In this document: in pieces, positions 11,494 to 24,700 of the stretch | Layout: every line of letters begins with the position of its first letter | Numbering within the stretch: position 1 is the stretch's first letter | From: Amoebophrya sp. A120 | Taxonomy: Eukaryota; Protista; Dinoflagellata | DNA: 64,000 nt | Direction of reading: 5' to 3' | Assembly (NCBI GenBank): GCA_905178155.1 | Contig: CAJINV010000007.1 | Span: forward strand, 814,627-878,626 | Notes under the pieces: model-generated | Seen by the model: the letters and a program-made list of their open reading frames with translations, nothing else | Told to the model about the DNA's origin: nothing | The model's database searches: none | Position numbers and translations under genes: made by a program

Positions 11494-12767
11494 CAACATT
11501 TCCGGTTCCGACCAGATAAAAATCGCGCTTGGAATTAGAAGTCCAGACCGATTTAAATTATACAACAACATCTTAGTTTTACAGCTTCAGGGGGTAGTTC
11601 TAGTTCTTTTACCTTTTACTTTTTCATCCACAGGGTTTTTTAGGCCGCGTCATCAACAACTTTATCTTGTTTTCCGCACCTCGTCAGTTGTATCTCTACC
11701 GACGACGAGGAGCAGAAAGAAATTGAACATATAAGCGCCTAAATTATAGCCCAAAAGTAGTAGAGATGGAAGAAAACAACGAATGTGAAACAACGATGTG
11801 AAAACAACGAATGTGAAAGAGATGGAAGAAAGCAAAAAATGCACAAGAAGGCATGATCGCCCCAGTAAAACTAGAACTACCTGAGTAAAAAGACGATGCA
11901 GCTCTGTTGGAATCCATGATCGCCCATTGAAGGTTTCTAACAAGCAGCACAGCAGGATCTTCACAAAAAATCGAAGAAGGCTAAAGCAAAAATAGCTGCA
12001 TCGTCACGAGAAACTACTACAGAGATGAGCTGGTCGTGTTTGTAGCCTAATGAAGGAACAACTGCAACTTCTATCACTGGATTTCTATGCTATGAGGAAA
12101 CTGCAATTTTCGATTTCGACTTCGAAGTGTTCTTAGACTTTCTCGACGCGGGTCCGAGTTGTATCGTTATGTCAACATTAACATCTTTAACGCCGAGAGA
12201 GCCACCGACCTCGTTAAAAACTTGTTCTTTGAGCGGGGATGTTGAAGAGCACAAAATTGTTTTTTGAGTGCAAAAAGTTAGTTTTTGAGAGCAGGTCCTG
12301 GCCGCTCCTTCGTCAGTTTGTTTCTTGAGGGGGTTCTTGTGATCTTGAAGATGAACAGCACGAGTGAAAAAGAAAATCTTGGAAAGCATCAGAAAAATTA
12401 GCTTCTGGCCAGTTGTCCCAGGCATCAGCAAAAATGACCCAAAATCCGCCCAAAAATTATACTATAGTAGTAGACAGGCAGGCGTCTATGTAAGATTGGT
12501 TTTATTGTTTCGAAGAAGTTTCAAAATTTTGAAGCAAGCCGACAAGAGATTGATGTCGTAGTGCTTACTCAAAAAATTATGTCGTAAAAACGAAAATAGC
12601 CGGAAAATAAGTCAATAAACAAACGGAAAGTGAAATCTAAAGATCGAGGAAGAGGACGAGAAGAGGCGGGATATTGATCCCAAGAATCGCAATCAGATTT
12701 TTCACCGCGGAATCAGCCACGACACCATAGTCGACTGTCGATCGGCAGCTCCTGTGTCAAGAACAGC

Positions 12768-15700
12768 ATGGTGGCAGCCAATATGGCGTTCTCAAACGTT
12801 ACATTCTCAACTGTTACACGAATTTGCAATGCAAGAATAGCAAAAGTCAAAGGAGGAAGGCTGCACCTCTAGCATTACAAACTCCGCACAGATTTAGGTG
12901 CTTTTTAGCCCTTCGCAAATTTGTCATGCAAAGCAGTTTGCTCGTATGGATCTTGATGGTAGTTTTGCATGACAAATTCATGTAACAGCTGAGAATGTAA
13001 CGTTTGAGAGCGCCATAGCCAATCACAGCAACGCTGCCGGCGATTGGAACAACGCGTCCAAGTGGGGGCCTCCTAACAAAGCGGCGAACAACAAGTGGAA
13101 AAGCAGCAAGAATGCTGGCGACCACAACTCCAACTGGAACAGTAGCACCGGGAACAATGGTGCAACGTGGGGAAACAACAACAATAACTGGAAAAACAAC
13201 AAGAAGAATTGGAACAAAAACAACGCGAATCATCAAAAGGCGAACTGGAACAACGGTGCTAGTGGTTACAACGACGGGATGCATAATTACAACAGCGGAG
13301 GTGGTTCATGGGGACAGGACCAACAGCAGGGATGGAGCAACGGTCACCAAGGTATGATGGCGGGTCAGGATCAGCAGGGAGGTCCTGCTGGGTACAGCAA
13401 TGGATACGGTGGCAGCAATGGTTCTTACAACAACCAACAATACGATCAACAGCACCACCAGATGGGTACTAACACGACGGCGTCCGGTGCTGATTACAGC
13501 CAGCAGATGCAGTACGGACAAGAGCAGCATCAAAACGGTAATATGATGGACCATGGACACGGACAGTACAGCCAGCAACAGCAATACAACCTCCAGCAAG
13601 TAGATCCGTACAATCCCATGAGCGGCAACGTGGACCAGATGTACAGCCAGCAACAAAATATCACACAGAAAAAAGCTGGCAGGGCATATTTGTAATGCAA
13701 AAATAAATACACAAAAAAATCTGTATTGCATATCCGAAACAGCATGCTATGGGGCCACCCATGACAACTTTTTCTGTGTATTTATTTTTGCATTACAAAT
13801 ACAAATATGCCCCGCCAGCTTTTTTCTCTGGGATACAAAACGGATCGTACAATCACGAGACGAGTTCCATGATGCACCAGCAGCACCAGCAGAACAACAT
13901 GCAGCCAGAAGTTTACAACAACAGCAACGGGGCACCAGCTAGTCATGGCCGGGACGATGTGCCCCCCGTCGGCATGATGCCAGCTGCGGGCATGCATTCC
14001 GACAGTCAGAGTAATCAGGGTCCCTCCCTCTCGGACCAACTACGGGAACAGCTGATGCAGCAATTAAAGAAGACCCAACAAGAAGCGGCGGCTGTAAATC
14101 ATCTTCGTGAGGGTCAAGCGAATAAAAGCTCCGAGAAGCGGCGCCCGCGGGGAACAAGGGTATAGGATTTTGGCGATGGAGATATACTGCCTGTCATGCA
14201 GGAGAACTGCGGTGAAGGTGATTTAGGTTTTATAAAGTGCTAGCTCGTCATGCATCTGCATGCATGATTGTTCATTAAATTATCAAAATCAATATCATAT
14301 ACAAGAATGTCGTTACTACAGAACACCCCTGCGACGCCGATCTCGTCAAACACTTCGCCGTTGAAACCGGTCGCGTTGGAAATAGATCCCGACGAACCGG
14401 AGCTGAAGGTATGATATGATAAAACTACAAGAAGAGCGTGTGTTTGTGATGCATAACAGGTACAGGAACTGCCGGCGTATTACTATCTAAACTGCAGCAG
14501 CTGGTCAAAAATGCAGGCGAGGGGTATGTTCGGGGGTATGTTCGGGGGTGTGTCAGGGGTATGCAAATGGCCGTCAATCACGGGCGGATTACAATTTTTT
14601 GGCGAAAAAGCAACAGGTGGGGTATAAACATACCCCAGACACACCCCAGACACACCCCAGACATACCCCAGACAGACCCCCGAACACACCCCAGGCAAAA
14701 AGTCCGAACATACCCCAGACACACCCCGGACACACCCCGGGCAGACTTTCCGACACACCCCGGGCAGACTTTCGGACACACCCCGGACACACTTTGGGAC
14801 CTCGCCACGCGAGATGTGCAATGGCGGGCTCCAGTTTGTCACGCGAGCCGCCACCCTGTCGAGCTTCCCGGGCCCCGTTGGCAAGGCCCAGGGACGAAAG
14901 GCGCCCTCGGTCAGCGCGGGGACCCGGTCCCCGTGTCATGACCTGGGGGCCAGATTTGGGCGCTTCCCGGACACCGTACGGCCCAGGGGCAAAAGCCCTA
15001 GGTCAGCGCGGGGACTCGGTCCCCGCGTCATGACCTAGGGGCCAGCTATGGGCGCTTACATCCCGGAAACCAACCGCATGGCCCAGGAACAAAAGCCCTA
15101 GGTCAGCGCGGGGACTCGGTCCCCGCGTCATGACCTAGGGGCCAGCTTTGGGCGCTTCCCGGAAACTAACCGCACGGCCCAGCCAGGGGCAAAAGCCCTA
15201 GGCCAGCGCGGGGACTCGGTCCCCGCGGGGCCAGCTTTGGGCGCTTCCCGGAAACTAACCGCACGGCCCAGGGGCAAAGCCCTAGGCCAGCGCGGGGACC
15301 CGGTCCCCGCGCGCGTCATGACCTAGGGGCCAGCTTTGGGCGCTTCCCGGATGGAAACTAACCGCATTACCGAGGAGCAAAAGCCCTACCTAGGGCAGCG
15401 CGGGGACTCGGTCCCCGCGTCATGACCTAGGGGCCAGCTTTGGGCGCTTCCCGGAAACTAACCGCATTGCCGAGGCGCAAAAGCCCTAGGTCAGCGCGGG
15501 GACTCGGTCCCCGCGTCATGACCTAGGGACCAGCTTTGGGCGCTTCCCGGAAACTAACCGCATGGCCGAGGCGCAAAAGCCCTAGGTCAGCGCGGGGACT
15601 CGGTCCCCGCGAGCGTCATGACCGAGGGGCCAGCTTTGGGCGCTTCCCGGAAACTAACCGCATGGCCGAGGCGCAAAAGCCCTAGGTCAGCGCGGGGACT

Positions 15701-18700
15701 CGGTCCCCGCGAGCGTCATGACCGAGGGGCCAGCTTTGGGCGCTTCCCGGAAACTAACCGCATGGCCGAGGCGCAAAAGCCCTAGGTCAGCGCGGGGACT
15801 CGGTCCCCGCGTCATAACGTAGGGGCCAGCTTTGGGCGTTTCATTCCCGGAAACTAGCCGCACGGCCCAGGGGCAAAAGCCCTAGGTCAGCGCGGGGACT
15901 CGGTCCCCGCGTCATGACCTAGGGGCCAGCTGCAGACCCGGCGCCAGCTTCTTCCTTTCTGTTTTCTTTGTTCGCGGTAGGTTAACGGGTCTAGTGTGGG
16001 CAAGCAGAGGGGCTCCGTCCGCAGATCTGTCGCGGATCAGGGGACGCAGCCCACACAGAAACACCGGGCTGCAGGGGTCTGCCTGCCCAGTGCCACCACA
16101 ACCCCCGAACTCGTCCCAGACAAATGCCGGAAGGTCGCCGCACGGGGACTCTGTCCCCGTGCTCGGACCTTGTTTCTCATGCAAAATCTTATTCTTTCAA
16201 AACAAAGCCTTCTGATAGTGATACTAGTACTACCGAGAAGGAATTTTGTTTTGTAGATGAACTACCTGCTATCCACGAACTTCTCTCACGACAGACTCCC
16301 GGGGGTCCGGAAAACCAGAAAAGCAGCATCCATCGTCCGAAAAGTAGCAAGTTCCTGAAATCTGACGACAAGTCTGACGATAACTCCACCAACAGCAAAA
16401 AATCTCGGGTTTGCACGCCGCCGCTCCCTATGGATTTCAAAAATGTCTGGGTCTGGAAGATTGTGATTGTCAGATTTGTCATGCAGCTTTTCCATGATTC
16501 ATGAGGTCTGGAATGCAGGACCTAGCATCACAGATTTTTAGGGGGCCTCCTGATGCCTAGTCCGCATGACGAATGCCCTCTCCACGTAGCACAAGGTGGA
16601 CTCTTCTTGCTGTCCACGTAGCACAAGCGGGTGTCCACCTAGGGTATTGGCAGAGGCTAAATCTGTTCTAACGCCACGGTATTGGCAGAGGCTAAATCTG
16701 TTCTAACGCCACCCTGACAGGAGTCAAATGTCAAAGCGATACGATGCACGTAGCACAAGCTGGACTCTTCTTGCTGGTCATGCAACACAGATCTTTTTAG
16801 AATCCAAAAGCAGCATCACAAGTTGCAACCTTCCAGACCCAGACATATTTGCATTTGATACTCCCCCCAAATAGTACTTCTAATTCACATTCGGACAATA
16901 AAAACAACAAAACATCTTCCAGTCTGCTTTCCGGCGCGAATTCTTTATTCGCGGGCAGTCCAGGAGGAGTGGAAGGCACGAATTTGAATCCGCTGTTAGC
17001 CGCTGCGGCGGGTGCGGGCGGCGCTGGAGGTGGGGCGAGTAGTGGAGCAGGAGCAGCTGCTGGTGCTCCGGGTTCTTCGAATCCTGCTTTATCAAATGCA
17101 AAAATGTCTGGGTCTGGAATGTTGCCGGGTTTGTCTTTGTCGTGCATATTTTGCATGACCCAGGATGTCTGTAATACAGGACCTAGCATCACAGATTTTT
17201 AGAGGGCTTCCTGGTGCCTATTCCGCATGAAAAATGCCCTCCCCGCGTAACACAAACTAGACTCCTCTTGCTGATCATGCAATACAGATTTTTTTGGAAT
17301 CCAAAGCTAGCATCACAAGCTCCAACCTTCCAGACCCAGAGATGTATGCGCTTGATACGCTTTGTCCGCGTATGACCAGATGTTCAACGACCTCCTCGGG
17401 TTCTACACTGCGAACCCAAGTTTGATCCCCGGCTTCCCCGGAGGTTTACCTGGTGCAGCAGCTCCGGGAGCAGGAATGATTCCCGGAGCAGCTCCCGCTG
17501 GTTTGCTGCCGGGTCTGGCCGGGTTACCTGGGTTGCCCGGAGCTGCAGGACCGCTCGGGGTTCCAATGCCGGGGTTTCCAATGGTGCCGGGCTTGGGTGG
17601 TTTTCCAGGGCTCCCAGGAACTGCGGGGTTGCCTGGCGCTATCCCCGGATTTCCGGACCCGACGGCCCTGTTTCCAGGATTGGATTATGGGAAAATTCTG
17701 GGCGAGACCTGGGGTGCAGCGGGATTGACTTTGGTATAGTTGTTTCTTCCCATAGTACTTTGATGCATCTTGAGCATGACAGAAGATCTCGATGTGGTCG
17801 TGTTTGGTGAACTTGCTGCTTGTCCAGTACTTGTCGATGCGAAGAACTTAAATGTTAATATATCTGAAATCACCGGTTGTACAACATGATCTCCAAAACA
17901 GCCCCCGCCGTTCGACGGCTCGGTTACCTTCGACGAGTGGATGGCACAGTATGGGACTCTCAAATGTTACATTCTCAACTGTTACACGATTTGTCATGCA
18001 AAATTGCCATCAGTATCTGCATGATCAAGCTGCTGCGCATGACAAACGGCAAACAGGCTGAGAATCTGTGCCAAATCTGTCATGCAAGACGCGCAAGGTC
18101 CCCCTTTTCACGTTTGCCGTTCTTGCATCACAAATTCATTTAACAGCTGACAGTGTAACGTTTGAGAATGCCATACACAGGCGGCTTTCGCCGGAGCTGG
18201 TGGTTTTCCCGGAGCTGGAGGACCAAAGGTTGCTGGTGGCCCTTTTTCCGCCCCCGGAAGTGGACTGATGGGCGGTGCAAAAGGTGGGAAATTTGGCGGC
18301 GGCGGTGCACCAGACGGTTGGTGGAATTCGATCGGGAAACACGGAAGCAGTAGTAGTGGTGGTCCTACATCCACCACAAACGAGTCCGAGCGTCCCCCGC
18401 CCACCTCCTGGTACGCGAATAAAAACGGGAAAGGTGTTGCAACCAACAACCCAGTATGCATTGCAAAAGTATCGTATTCGTATAAATGCATCACAAATTT
18501 CCTCAGCATGAGAATAGAAGTTGTAATGCGGATTTGACTTAACGAAAAGATTTGTAATGCATGATTGCAATACGAGTACGACGCTTTTGCACAGGATACC
18601 CAGACTCCACAAACAAGCCCGGTGCGCATGGGAAGAACAACCCGGAGGCGTACCAGAAGATGATGCGCGAGTGGTACCAGTCGTGGGATCCGACCGGAAA

Positions 18701-21700
18701 GTGGTACGGACTTATCAAAAGCAAAAGTGTCTGGGTCTGGAAGAATGCAAGGTTTGCCATGCATGTTTTGCACGACCCATGATGCCAGTGGTGCATGGCC
18801 TAGCATCAGAGACCTTAAGAAGGCTCTCTGATGCTTATTCCGCATGACAAATGCCCTCCCCGCGCAGCACAAAGAAACTTGACTCCTCTTGCTGGTCATG
18901 CAATGCAAGTCGTCTTAATCTTAAATGAATCCAAATCCAGCATCACAAGTTGCAACCTTCCAGACCCAGACATATTTGCAATTCATAGGACTGCACAAGG
19001 GGCCGAAGGGGTCGGGATTTACGCTATCATCCGGAAAGGGTAACATGTTGAACAAGGACATAAATGGCGGGAGTAGTATTCTGGCTGCGGGAAATACCCA
19101 AGAAAAAAACATTGTAGGTGTAACTTTTTTGGAGGAACAGCATTACAAATTTGTCTGGTATGACAGCAAAAACCTGTCATGCGCAGATAGTACGTGAAAA
19201 CGCCCTTTCGTGTACCCCACGATGCATGCCAAGCATGACAGACGCAATCATCTTGCATGTTAAGCATCACAAATTTACACTAACAGCGTTTTTTTCTAGG
19301 ATAGGAAAGGAGAGTAACAGCAACTGGTCGAAGGAAGAATGGGCGGAGTGGATGAGCAAGTACTACGCGTTTTACCAGAATTATGCAAAGAAAAAAGTGA
19401 TGTTACAGGTACACACTGTGCTGCAGACCCAGCAATAGAGACAACCTCTCTCCTGCCGCATAGGCATAAAAGGCTTTTTTCGTACGTGTTTTCCCTTAGG
19501 ATTTCTGCATTGCAGGTTTATTTCTCTGTAAAAATGTAGAGCAAGTTTGTGTTGCTGAAGTTTTAAAACAAATGTGTCACTGTAACACTGTTTTCTTGGG
19601 ATAAAAATCAGCAGGGGATCAAGGGCGGAAAATTGATGAAAGGAGCTCCGTTAGAAATGATGCTCGGAGGTGGAACTGGCGCTTCTTCTACAACTGGGAA
19701 AGGAAAAGAGTACAACATTAACTTTGACGACGACGAATCTGACGCGGATAGCACCAGCAGCGACGGTAAGAACGACTCTGTGTCCAACACGGACAGCAAA
19801 AAACGCGAATCGGACGGAGAGGGCGAAGATCTTGATACGAAATTATCACGAGAAAAAAGTGTTACAGTTACACATTTGTTGGAGTTTCTGCATCACAAAT
19901 TTTCTCTGTGTGGCAGAGAAAACTTGTAATGCGAAGATCATAAGGGAAAACAGGAAGGAAACGAAGCTCCGAAGCATTTCCTGCATGAGAAAGGTTGTCT
20001 CTGTTGCCAGTCTCGCATGACAATGTGTAACTGTAACACTTTTTTCCTGCGATAGAAATTGGATGCCAGCGAAGATGACGAGAATGATCAAGACACAAGT
20101 AATATCACACGAAAAAGTGTTAACGTGAACGGAATTTGTAATGCAGTAATGCATCGCAAAACGTGCCCAGATGTGTCATGCATAGCATGCATATTGGGCT
20201 ACATTTGTGATGCATGATTGCAATCTGTGGAAACCGTTAACCTTAACACTTTTTCTTCTGATAAGTAAAAACATCAAGCGGGAGAAAAAACTGTCGAAAG
20301 GATCCACCATGGCACTGTCTTCGGGCTCTTGTACTTCTACCTCGTACTATGCGGACGAGCAGGGAGAGTTCCACAAAAACTCTGGCTCGTCCAATCATGC
20401 GGAACCGATCCCGAAAACGCCGGAGTTCCTCGCAGCGGAAGGGGGAGGAGTTGGTATGGACAATCACAATCAGCACGTTGCAAAGCAGAAAATAATAAAC
20501 GGTGGTGTCGAAGAACATCAGAACAAATCCTCCACGACTTCCGGAAACATTAAACGGATCAGCGGTTCGTTTTTATCATCCGGCAAGAATCTAGCGCCGC
20601 CTCCGGGCTTAACGAACGAGGACGAACTCGCCGAGGTTCTGGGTGTAGCTGACGGTGTCGGTGAAACCGACCACATCAAGCAGATGAACAAAACTTTCTC
20701 GGCAGCTTCGAACACCACGACAATGACAAAAACCATCTCCACTACCTCCGATAATTCATCCTCTTCCTCGGAGCAGCCCTTAGTCGCAGCGAGCAAAAAC
20801 ACGTTTTACGACAAATTTTCCGGGGGGAAAGACGAACCGAAGCCGTTGAAGGAGAAGGTTTTTGACTTTCAGAAGAAGGAGCTGACGCACGGGTTGCGGT
20901 TTTACTACTTGTTGGAGGAAAGGATGCAAGCGTATGAGGCGAAATACCAGGTGCAGTGGGATCTGAAGGTATCAAATGCAAATATGTCTGGGTCTGGAGA
21001 GTTGGAACCTGTCATGCCAGCTCGACATTTTTCCTGAGAGATCTGTATTGCATAACCAACAAAAGTGGCAGCCATTTTTGTCATGCAAAAACACAGTTTC
21101 TCATGCGGAGTACGTATGAGAAAGCGTTCTGGAAAGTTGTCATGCTGGGCTGCCTTCGAAATGGTTTCTATCATCCACATTTTAGCATCACAAGTTTCCA
21201 GACCCAGACATATTTGCATTCGATAGAAGGACCCGAAGGACAAGACGTTGCAGGAGAAGGTGTTCCTGCATTTGCTATCCTTCGTCACGAACTGCTGGAT
21301 ATCAAATGCAAATATGTCTGGGTCTGGGAGATTGCGAGACTTGTCATGCTAGTCTTGCATGACGCTGAGCTCTGTATTGCGTGGCCGCAAAGATGAGCTC
21401 CTCTTGCCTGTCATGTTGCAAAAACGCAGTTTCTAATGCGGAGTAAGTACGCAACTCAGAACCACGGAAAAACTTGTCATGCTTGGCAGTGCAGTACAGT
21501 GTGCTCATTCTTGTTCCCTGACTTGCATCACAAGTTTCCAGACTCAGACATATTTGCAATGCATACTGGAGTAGTGACAAAACGCAGTGCTCCTCCGCGT
21601 TGATCTTTTGGAAGGTGGTGCAGTATCCTGTGCAAAAGTATCGTACTCGTATTGCAGTCATGCATTACAAATCCTTTTCTTCAGGTCAATCCGCATTACA

Positions 21701-24700
21701 AATTTTATCTCTCATGCTGGGCAAACTTGTAATGCACTTATACGAATACGATACTTTTGCAATGCATATGCAGGACGTTTTCGCGATGCTGAAATACTAC
21801 GGGGTGAAACCGTTCACGAAGGTATAATTAGACGTCGGTGCTTCTGGAAACATATGCGATTTGCGGTTTGTCATGCACATTTCAGAACAAAAAAATAAAA
21901 AAATCAGTTTTTCTCCATGGCTGCTGCGGGATACGAGAAATTCGTTTCTAAGTCCGAAGTATCCTGTGCAAAAGTATCGTACTCGCAGTAATTGCATTTA
22001 TGCATTTATTAATCCTTGGAAATATCCATATCTAGCTGCATATTTGCAAAATGTAGCGAAAGGCAACCCGCTACCGGGCCTGCCATGTTCATCTTTCACG
22101 CCCGCGCCCGACGTTTTCGCGTCAGCGAGTTGCTGGGGAGTCGAGCGGAAGCCGGAGGTTCATTCTCTGGCACCGCTGGCGCAGTTAGTAGATAGCGAAT
22201 ACATCCTAGCGCTACCCCTTTGGCGAAGGGTCAGCCGAACGGATATGCGGCTGCACCAGAGCCGCGCGAATCCAGGCGCGCTGATTGTTTGCAATTCTGG
22301 AACTGGGCCAAACGCAGCGGCTGTAGCGCGCCGCAACTGGCTGCAGCCTCTCAATAGTGGCGGTCGGCAACTCTTTTTAGCGACCGGCGTGGCGCGTCTT
22401 CTTGCAATTTTAGGATGCGGAAAAGCAGGCCGCCAGCATTCGCCAAAGCCGGGGGCCATTCGTGAAAAGCCTCCAGGTGGTCTCCCGGCCAGCGCGCATG
22501 CACCCAAAAAGCGCAGCAAATCCGAGGAAAGCACCTCCACCGAGCGCTAGCCCACCGCGCAACATGCCTAGTAGCTGTATTTCGCTGAGCATGTCCCGCT
22601 GCTCCAGAAACTCTTGGCCGTACTTCAGCCAGGTCGCAAAGCAACCGCCCACGGTTCCGGTGCGATCGGGAAATACTGTCAGGCATCTTGGGTTCGCATA
22701 AAGATGTCGCATGAAGACCAATACCCCAAACAAATACCCCTTGAAGGGGGTACTTGCTGGGGGTATTCGTCATCGTTGTGCACCGAGCTGAGTCCAAAAA
22801 TCCCGGGGGGTATTGATGGGGGTATTCGTACGGGGTATTGCTTTGGGGTATCGCGTTGGGGTATTGCTTTGGGGTATGCGTTTTCGCATTGGGTGAGCTT
22901 GGCGAAGGTGAAACGCGAGCGGGAAATTTCCATCATTGCAAAATCCCAATTTGTGTTTCACCCAAACCCGAGCGGGGAATTTCCATCATTGCAAATTGTA
23001 GCTTGCCTCTCACCCAAACCCGAGCGGGGAATTTCCATCATTGCAAATTGTAGCTTGCCTCTCACCCAAACCCGAGCGGGGAATTTCCATCATTGCAAAA
23101 TGGCGAGCGTCAATACTTTCAACTCCCCACACCGTCTGACTTCCAAACCCGAGGATTTGGCGGATGGCTGGTCGCCTCGCCAACTCCTACGCGCGCGGAG
23201 ACACATCCAGACGAAGCCTGGGCGCACCCTCGCGCCCAGGCTTCGTTCGGGTGTAGAAGGTGCGCAACACAGGGGCGCCGCACGGCAGGCGGCTCCACAC
23301 GAAAGTCAGAGCGCTGCTCCTGGCCTCGCCTGCAGCCCCACTCCCCTCTCCCTTTGGCTTCCCGGAAGGCCTCGGTCTTCGGCACTTTCCTTTGGCCAGT
23401 CCGGAAAACCGAGCTGGGAATTTCCATCATAGCAAAATGCAGAAAATGGCTTACAACGACACCTTCTGACGCCCTTTCCCGCACTTTCAGTGGAGCGGCA
23501 AAAGGAAGCACGAGAAGGAAGGCTGGCAGACCGCCGGTCAGCTGCCAAAAGCTGCTGCTGCGAGTCCTCTACATTTTGCAAATATGCGCACAAATATGGA
23601 AATTTTCAACGACTAAATTTACAAATTTCTTTCTCAAGGCAAATCAGCATTACAAATTCAATTTGTAATGCTGAGGAAATTTGTAATGCGATTTCTACGT
23701 AGTGCGATGCTTTTGCATTCGATACGAAGCGAAATCTGTGGAGCACTTCATCGAATTGGAAAAAATGTTATGCACTACAAATTTCCGGTGCATGTACAAA
23801 ATGCATCACAAATGTCACCAACTTGGAGCATGCCACTTGTCATGCTGAATAGAATTGAAAGAAAGTTTTGTCATGCGGAAACCGCATACGTTTACGTACA
23901 TGATGTGCAGGAAATTTACTGTGGATAGATGTTTTACGAAATTTGCCCACCAAACGCCACCCTGCTGAATGCGCATTTGGACTCGGCTTTCATCCGGCTC
24001 ATGATGATTTTCGGGGACGAACTACTGGCGACCCGGAACGAGTCCGGATATGATCTATCAAACGGAAAAATCCCCCCTCCCCATATCGAAATGGAAATCT
24101 GTGATGCAGGATTTGAGGTACCAAATCGACTTGTCATGCTAGAAGGCCAAGCGCCGCAGTCGTGGTCTCGTTTGCAGGCAATTTGTCATGCTGTTTCCCA
24201 CTCTCAGCTGCCTCCTATCATGCTGAAGATGCAAGGCTCCCCCACGCCACCCAGCACTACAGTCCGCATCTTTTCCCGTGTAGCATGACAAAGCTGATTT
24301 GTGACAACAAATCTGCATCACAGATTTCCGCTTTGATATGGGGAGGGGGGATTTTTCCTTTTGATATGATCAGGCCTTTCACTTGATCATCCGGCGGAGG
24401 CGCGAGTACAAGCTATGCCTTGCAAAACTATCACACTCGTAGCAATTGCAATCGCAGCTAGTTCGCATGACAAATCTCCATCGGAAAGCTAAATCGGCAT
24501 GACAAATCCACTCGATATGCTGAGCAAGTTTGTCATGCAATTCTTACTACGTGTGCGTACTTCTGCAATGCATACAAGCCGTACAGTTACAATTACCGGT
24601 ACATTTTTCTGCTCTATCAAGTATCCCACGAAAAAAATGTTACAGTTACACATTTGTAGTCAATTCAGCAACACAAATTTCTCTGCATGAGAGAGAAAAC

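Larger units (their letters stand above)
14486..16172 (+). mobile_element. Non-autonomous Helitron-like element inside GT-AG intron
   Basis: A|TCTAAACT 5' end; 3' hairpin CACGGGGAC-tct-GTCCCCGTG then CTTG|T; no TSD; internal tandem arrays. Confidence 0.6.

Noticed and set aside
14483-15038. Overlapping ORFs on both strands
   Set aside because: Artefacts of stop-poor GC-rich repeats.
14890-15931. CRISPR-like array with palindromic repeats
   Set aside because: Whole units repeat with no unique spacers; eukaryotic intron context; no cas genes.
22160-23668. ORFs in the nested element as a possible transposase
   Set aside because: No DDE or HUH motifs recognised; repeat-derived low complexity.
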